A stretch of 64,000 bases of DNA from an uncultured Acidobacteriota bacterium (GTDB lineage Bacteria; Acidobacteriota; Blastocatellia; Pyrinomonadales; Pyrinomonadaceae), in contig CALMAH010000038.1 in the NCBI GenBank assembly GCA_937859595.1, forward strand, positions 59,119 to 123,118, in the 5' to 3' direction. Within the stretch, counting starts at the first letter, position 1; each line of letters starts with the position of its first letter. This document shows positions 29,324-34,624 of this stretch, piece after piece. A program made the position numbers and the translations under genes. The notes beneath the pieces are model-generated. The model made no database searches, was not told the DNA's origin, and saw only the letters and a program-made list of their open reading frames with translations.

Positions 29324-30382
29324 ATGCAGCCTATAAGTGAATACAATTCCGTCGACGAACTTCCATCTTACGAGGAGATTGTTGAATATTTGCGAAAGAA
29401 GAATCGGCCGAGACATCTCTTGGTTGGGAATGGCTTTAGCATGGCTTACGACAGAGACATCTTTTCGTATAATGCACTCGCGCAGTTTGTCGATAACCTA
29501 GAGGATCAGCTTTTGAAGGATCTTTTTACGGCCGTGAATACAAAGAACTTTGAACAGGTAATGCAGCAACTGGAGAGCTTTTCAGAAATCGCTAGGGTTT
29601 TCGGAGCCGATTCGCAACTCATCCAACGGATTGCCGACGCCAGCGACTCCCTGAAGCGGAGCCTCCTAAATGCTGTCAAAGAGCTCCATCCCGAGCATGT
29701 ATTCAAAATTTCACGGGAAAAAAGCGCAAAGTGCGCTCAGTTTCTTTCGGGCTTCCTCGGAAGCGGCGGTACTATCTTCACGACAAATTATGATCTTCTG
29801 CTTTACTGGGTCTTAATGAGAAACGGTTTAGACAATAAAGATGGATTCGGCCGTGAACCACTCAATCCTGGCGTTTGGGAAGACGAGCCCGAGTATTCCG
29901 AACTTAGATGGGGTCTCAACAGTGACCATCAAAATGTGTTTTATTTGCACGGCGCCCTGCACATTTTTGATACTGGTACAGAAATCGAAAAAGAAGAATA
30001 CGACAATGCCCATTACCTTCTCGAAAAAGTTAAGGAGCGGATAGACGACGAGGATTACCCGATATTTGTAACAGCAGGAACAGCCCAACAAAAGATGGTA
30101 CATATCCGACATAATCGCTATCTGTCCTTTTGTTATGATGCTTTGGAACAGATCCGAGGATCACTTATAGTTTTTGGATTCGGCTTCGGACAATACGACA
30201 CTCATATCATCGACGCGATAAATAAGGCAGCGCTTCATGGTGCCAAAGGCACCGAAAAACTTCACAGTATATATGTCAGCATTAGAACGAACGAAAGCCT
30301 TGAGTATCTGAAGTCGATCGAAGATCGATTTCAACTCAAAGTGAACGGATTTCAGTCGGACACTGCGTGCGTCTGGGAGTGA
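29324..30382 (+). CDS. SIR2-like (DUF4917-type) protein, predicted NAD+-consuming effector
   Basis: LLVGNGFS (aa 32-39), IFTTNYDLL (aa 151-159), YLHGALH (aa 207-213) and LIVFGFGFGQYDTHI (aa 281-295) match the GAGxS / TTNYD / hG / GySl-D signatures of prokaryotic SIR2_2-type proteins. It starts 6 nt after the mod stop. Confidence 0.7.
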   Translation: MQPISEYNSVDELPSYEEIVEYLRKKNRPRHLLVGNGFSMAYDRDIFSYNALAQFVDNLEDQLLKDLFTAVNTKNFEQVMQQLESFSEIARVFGADSQLIQRIADASDSLKRSLLNAVKELHPEHVFKISREKSAKCAQFLSGFLGSGGTIFTTNYDLLLYWVLMRNGLDNKDGFGREPLNPGVWEDEPEYSELRWGLNSDHQNVFYLHGALHIFDTGTEIEKEEYDNAHYLLEKVKERIDDEDYPIFVTAGTAQQKMVHIRHNRYLSFCYDALEQIRGSLIVFGFGFGQYDTHIIDAINKAALHGAKGTEKLHSIYVSIRTNESLEYLKSIEDRFQLKVNGFQSDTACVWE

Positions 30383-30397
30383 TGGGCGGGTAGCGGG

Positions 30398-31453
30398 TCA
30401 CAACGCACCGTCCGTCTTCAACAAAGTAAGCAATTGAGCCCGCCGGTCTTTCCAGTGCCGGTCGGAGGTTTCCGTCTCAATAAAAGTAAGTAGCGCTTCG
30501 CGTTTTTCTTCGTCAATCTCATTCACATGATTTTCGAGTAGACCAATGAGAAAATCACATACATCGTCGTCCGCTATTATCCAGTTGACTTGAGAATTGT
30601 TAATATAAGCATCGATGAGATCATTTGCATCATTTACGTCAAAGCTATCGATTTTTGAAAGCGTGCGGATCGTTCCATGGGTCTGAGCAAAAGTCCCACT
30701 TCCCGCTAGATCATTGATTAATAATTGTTTTTCAAGTTCACTCGCGAGCAGAATTTGAGGGAAGTGTTCTTGGAGGAAAGAAGATATTCGTTTATAAAGA
30801 AACATTTCACCGCCGACCTTGGATGTCCATTCATCGCGGAGAAATTGATGAGCGGTTTGATCCCGAAACCCGCTCTCCCAGTCTTGGTCGTACGAAATGA
30901 GATGAAGATTATAATTCGAATCTAGATACTCGTTTACGAACGGGCTATCTCTTACTCTAGCCAGAAGTAGTTCCCAGTTAATCTCGTCGCCTAGAGGATC
31001 CGTCCGTTTTCCAGGGGGATTCCCTACATCACGGCGGACTCTCGCGTTACTGAATGCCAGACTGGTGGTTGCAATCAGTTCGGCTGAACTAAAGATTTGC
31101 TCAATCACCTGGTCCGCAACCAAATTCCGCGCTCGCATATCCTCTTCGATTCGGCTCAAGAGTTGATTCTTTGCTTTCTCGTAATCTTTTTTTCCCGAAA
31201 TTAGGTCGCTATACTCGTCGTAGCCTTTAATTAGTTGCGGAAAGGGCGGAAAGTCCTTTTTTCTGAATTCAATAATAGTATTAGCGATCTTACTGTCACG
31301 ATTCCTTCGAAACTCTGAGATCACCTGATCGGTTACCAGCAACTGGATTTTGCGCGATTTAATAAGAACATCGATTTTCCTAAGTTCCTCCAAATCCTCA
31401 TTAGAGAAATCAAAGAAATCGAGGTAAATATTTGTGTCAATAAAAATATTCAA
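30398..31453 (-). CDS. PIN-like domain protein (DUF4935-like N-terminus) with an uncharacterised C-terminal half
   Basis: N-terminus (M)NIFIDTNIYLDFF ... LLVTDQVISEF is PIN-like. TTG start with AGGAG 8 nt upstream. It is convergent with the SIR2-like gene across a 15-nt gap. Confidence 0.65.
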   Translation of the reverse strand: MNIFIDTNIYLDFFDFSNEDLEELRKIDVLIKSRKIQLLVTDQVISEFRRNRDSKIANTIIEFRKKDFPPFPQLIKGYDEYSDLISGKKDYEKAKNQLLSRIEEDMRARNLVADQVIEQIFSSAELIATTSLAFSNARVRRDVGNPPGKRTDPLGDEINWELLLARVRDSPFVNEYLDSNYNLHLISYDQDWESGFRDQTAHQFLRDEWTSKVGGEMFLYKRISSFLQEHFPQILLASELEKQLLINDLAGSGTFAQTHGTIRTLSKIDSFDVNDANDLIDAYINNSQVNWIIADDDVCDFLIGLLENHVNEIDEEKREALLTFIETETSDRHWKDRRAQLLTLLKTDGAL

Positions 31454-31618
31454 CGTTTCAGCTCCTGAGGGCCCAATATGAGATAGAATCGATTTAACAA
31501 TTTATCAATTAAGCGTTGAAACTATCAAACTGAAGTGAGTTTGGATAATTTGTTCACGGCTACTCAGGGTTTCGCGTTGCGGTTGAAAAGGGCGTAAATT
31601 CGGCGGTTAAGTGCTTGA

Positions 31619-31849
31619 TCTGGTATTTTTGACCTTTTAAAGCGCGAACAGCAGGAATTCGTCGACTTTGTCCTTTCGAAGTACGTAGAATCGGGCGTTG
31701 ACGAACTCGACGATGGAAAGCTCCCGCAACTGCATCAACTCAAATATGACTCGCTCGAAGATGGAGTTAATATTCTAGGCGATGTCGCCAGGATAAGATC
31801 GACCTTCATCAACTTTCAGAAACACCTTTACGAGACAAGGCCGGTCTGA
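31619..31849 (+). pseudogene. Remnant of a Type I restriction enzyme HsdR C-terminus (EcoEI_R_C-like)
   Basis: In-frame translation reads ..KREQQEFVDFVLSKYVESGVDELDDGKLPQLHQLKYDSLEDGVNILGDVARIRSTFINFQKHLYETRPV*. There is no start codon and no helicase part, and a stop sits immediately upstream at 31616. Confidence 0.55.
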
Positions 31850-32181
31850 GGAAATAGTCCCTGCCGGTCGCGTGTCTGCCTGTTCGGCCAAACGGTCCGG
31901 GTACGGCGACTGGTGCACCAGGTTTTTGAGCGAATCGGGATGGAAAGACAGAGCCATTCCGCAAATAGGGGCGCAAAGGCGAATTAAAAGATAGAAGGAT
32001 AAGGAATAAAGAGAAGAAGGAACCACGAAACACTAAAATGCCCTAAATGGAGGGAAGGCGGATAGCGGACAGTTGATAGCAATCAGCGGTCGGCTTTCAG
32101 CAGTCAGTAGTCAGCCGTTGATGGGAACGGGCGGCGGTTTTGTGCTGCGGGTGGGCGTAGGGTGGTCGTTTTTCGGTGGTT

Positions 32182-32325
32182 GGCGGTTCGGGCGCGGGGT
32201 TTGGGGTGCGGTTGGGGTGCGGGTCGGGTGCGGAAGCGGGGCGGCGAAGGGTTTTCGGCGCGTAGGATTACGCGACCCCCGCGGCGATATTGCTGAAAAG
32301 CCTGTAAATATGGGGGTTGGGCGTG
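32182..32325. repeat. G-rich direct repeat, copy 1
   Basis: Starts GGCGGTTCGGG and ends with a 24-nt block identical to copy 2 (GAAAAGCCTGTAAATATGGGGGTT). The core is roughly 80 percent identical by eye. Confidence 0.6.
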
Positions 32326-32487
32326 ATATTGTGTTGTTAGGGTGGCGATAGTTGGCGATCTTTCGTGGTTAGGAGGCCTAATTTCGCGGAAATCCGGTCC
32401 GCATTCATTGGGTTTCAGAAGCATCTGTACGATAAACGTGTGGCCTGATAGCTGCCGAACACGGTTTGGGTATTCGGTAGAGTTTCG

Positions 32488-32907
32488 ATGCGTATGACAA
32501 AGAACCGAGAGATGGCCGAAACAAGGCCGTTGGTAACGATCAGTCGGGGGCCGTGTCTTGGGACGTGTCCGGTTTATTCGGCGGAGATCTATTCGGATGG
32601 GACCGTGGTTTATGTCGGGGAGATGTTTGTAGAGGTTGTGGGCGTGCGGCGGCACAGGATATCTGAAGCGAAGGTGCGAGAGTTGATCCGGGCGTTTGAA
32701 AAGGCGGATTATTTTTCGTTGAAGAGTGTTTACACGGCGGAGATAACTTGTCTGCCTACGACGGTCACCAGTTTTGAATGGGAGGGGCGGCGAAAGTCGG
32801 TGAAGAATTATTTCGGCGCTCCGAGAAAGCTTGAAAGGCTAGAGAACGCGATCGACCGTATTGCGGGGTTGAAGGAACTGATAGGAGATCAGGAGTGGGC
32901 GGGATGA
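32488..32907 (+). CDS. Small Cys-motif protein (C-x-G-x-CP-x-Y, DUF6438-like)
   Basis: 139-aa ORF with ISRGPCLGTCPVYSAEIYSDGTVVY. The family assignment is from memory only. Confidence 0.45.
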   Translation: MRMTKNREMAETRPLVTISRGPCLGTCPVYSAEIYSDGTVVYVGEMFVEVVGVRRHRISEAKVRELIRAFEKADYFSLKSVYTAEITCLPTTVTSFEWEGRRKSVKNYFGAPRKLERLENAIDRIAGLKELIGDQEWAG

Positions 32908-32972
32908 CTGACGAGTGACGTGTCGGGAAGCGTATGAGTGTGCCGTTTGTTGAGCATGATGTGGGGTTGGGG

Positions 32973-33105
32973 GGCGGTTCGGGAGGCGGTTCGGCACCGG
33001 TTCGGCCTCGGAAGGGGGGCGGCAAAGGCTTTTGGGTGTGTAAAATTACGCGGCTGGGGGGCGGTATTGCGGAAAAGCCTGTAAATATGGGGGTTTGGGG
33101 TGGTT
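32973..33105. repeat. G-rich direct repeat, copy 2
   Basis: Same GGCGGTTCGGG start and the same AAAAGCCTGTAAATATGGGGG block as copy 1. It abuts the 21-bp array. Confidence 0.6.
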
Positions 33106-33122
33106 TTGGGCGGCGGGAGGTG

Positions 33123-33450
33123 GGCTGACAAAGCCCGTGGGAAGTGTTCCCAAGCCTTTGGGAAGTGTTCCCAAGCTCTTGAGAAGTGTTCTCAAGCCCT
33201 TGAGGAGTGTTCCCAAGCCCTTGAGAAGTGTTCCCAAGTCCTTGAGAAGTGTTCCCGAGCCCTTGAGTAGCGTTCCCAAGCTCTTGAGTAGCGTTCCCAA
33301 GCCCTTGAGAAGTGTTCCCAAGTCCTTGAGAAGTGTTCCCAAGCTCTTGAGAAGTGTTCCCAAGCCTTTGAGAAGTGTTCCCGAGCCTTTGAGAAGCGTT
33401 CCCAAGCCTTTGAGTAGCGTTCCCAAGCCCTTGAGAAGTGTTCCCAAGCC
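33123..33450. repeat. Tandem array of a 21-bp dyad-symmetric unit (consensus GTGTTCCCAAGCCCTTGAGAA), 14 full copies plus partial units at both ends
   Basis: Exact 21-nt phasing from 33144 to 33437, with a 13-nt partial unit at 33438-33450 and a degenerate unit before 33144. Each unit contains TTCCCAAG-CC-CTTGAGAA, whose arms are 7/8 complementary. Confidence 0.9.
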
Positions 33451-33529
33451 GATTTCCGGCGTGCATATCGGCTCCGGAAGCGTAGAGATCTACTTCTGAA
33501 AAAAAATCTCTCGAATGTGAAAAAAGTTC

Positions 33530-33559
33530 TTGCAATAATTTTCCAACATCGGATATAAT
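33530..33559 (+). promoter_or_regulatory. Near-consensus sigma70-type promoter (TTGCAA-18 nt-TATAAT)
   Basis: TTGCAA at 33530-33535 and TATAAT at 33554-33559. This is about 240 nt upstream of the ORF at 33802. Confidence 0.45.
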
Positions 33560-33801
33560 CTCGCTGCTTAGTTGGACTCAAAGGCGATCTACGTTTCTTT
33601 GGAAACGCGGTCGGCAGGTAATTTGGGTCTAACTATGCAGCCCCGTTTCGGGGTTTACTCAAAACCAACCTGACGACCACGAAATTCCCATAGATCGTAT
33701 TTCTCCCCAATGTCTTTCTAGGCTTCCGGCCCGGACGCGAGCACGGTTGTGCATTCCCGTCCGGGCCCATCAAAAAATACAAAAATACAGGAGGAAGACA
33801 A

Positions 33802-34500
33802 ATGGTACCTTCAAGAACGTGGTTTTCGAGCAATCTGCAGGAGCGGGCGGCGTGGTTTCAGAATTTTCGCGATCAGTTTGCGGCGTTGGCGACCGGGCTG
33901 GGGTTTACGGCTGCGGATGTGACGGCGGTGGACGAGGACAATGCGGCGTTCCAGTGGCTGGCGGCCAATGCGGTAACGGTCGATGCCTTTTCGGCGGCGA
34001 TGACGGCCTATCGGCGGCGGATAACCGAGGGGGACGACGGCGATCCGGCGGCCGAACTGCCCGATCCGCCGGTGTTCGGGCTGGTGCCGGTGGTGCTGCC
34101 GGGGATATTCGAGCGGCTTGTCCGGCTGGTGGAGCGCATCCGCGTGGCACCGAGCTATTCCGAGGAAGAGGGCGCCGCGCTCGGCATCATCCCCTCACAG
34201 AGCGGGTCCGTCTCGCCGGACGATATGCAGCCAAACCCGAAGCTAAAGGCCCTGCCCGGCGGCATTGTCAAGGTCGCGTTTGTCAGGGGTAAGACACAGG
34301 GGATCGAAGTGCATATGAAGCTGGACGGTGAAGAGAATTGGGCCAACATGGGCAAGTTCTACAATTCGCCCGCCGAGATCATTGTCCCCGCCAATGCGCA
34401 AAACGTGCCGCGTGCCGTTCAGATCCGCTGCCGGTTTGTGCTAAACAACAGCCCGGTCGGGCAATTTTCGGACATCGACGAGATCTCGACAAAGATCTAG
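33802..34500 (+). CDS. Hypothetical protein (helical N-terminal half, beta-rich C-terminal half)
   Basis: AGGAGGAAG RBS 5 nt before the ATG, a 232-aa ORF, and a strong terminator downstream. I recognise no family. Confidence 0.6.
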   Translation: MVPSRTWFSSNLQERAAWFQNFRDQFAALATGLGFTAADVTAVDEDNAAFQWLAANAVTVDAFSAAMTAYRRRITEGDDGDPAAELPDPPVFGLVPVVLPGIFERLVRLVERIRVAPSYSEEEGAALGIIPSQSGSVSPDDMQPNPKLKALPGGIVKVAFVRGKTQGIEVHMKLDGEENWANMGKFYNSPAEIIVPANAQNVPRAVQIRCRFVLNNSPVGQFSDIDEISTKI

Positions 34501-34523
34501 CCACGTGTCATAGAAAGCAAAAG

Positions 34524-34563
34524 GGCCGTCCCGCGTATGCTTCGCGCGAGACGGCCTTTTTTT
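34524..34563. terminator. Rho-independent terminator between convergent genes
   Basis: GGCCGTC..GACGGCC stem followed by T7. Confidence 0.65.
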
Positions 34564-34624
34564 GTTCACATGCGGCCTGCTTTTGTTGGCTATCTGCCGG
34601 ACTGCTGTGCGTTGCCGGCTGAGG

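Noticed and set aside
21788-30382. BREX, DISARM or Dnd/Ssp classification of the operon
   Set aside because: The hallmark genes are absent: no PglZ/BrxC/BrxL, no DUF1998/PLD/SNF2 DrmA-D set, and no DndA-E/SspABCD. The methyltransferase and helicase-nuclease look Type III-like instead.
32073-32655. ORFs 32073-32351 (+) and 32104-32655 (-) in the G-rich repeat
   Set aside because: The translations are low-complexity Gly/Arg/Pro-rich. They overlap each other on opposite strands and coincide with repeat DNA, so they look like artefacts.
33123-33450. CRISPR array interpretation of the tandem repeats
   Set aside because: The units are directly adjacent with no unique spacers, the unit is only 21 bp, and no cas genes are in the window.
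32765-33581. Four long ORFs run across the 21-bp array: 32765-33535 (-), 33046-33447 (-), 33192-33581 (-) and 33095-33499 (+). They give heptad-repeat peptides such as LGNTSQG, LGTLLKG and PKPLRSV.
   Set aside because: - Several mutually exclusive frames are open only because the repeat unit lacks stop codons in them.
- None has a convincing RBS.
- The longest one runs antisense through the G-rich repeat and the 3' end of the 32488-32907 gene.

Coding is not strictly excluded, but it is unsupported.
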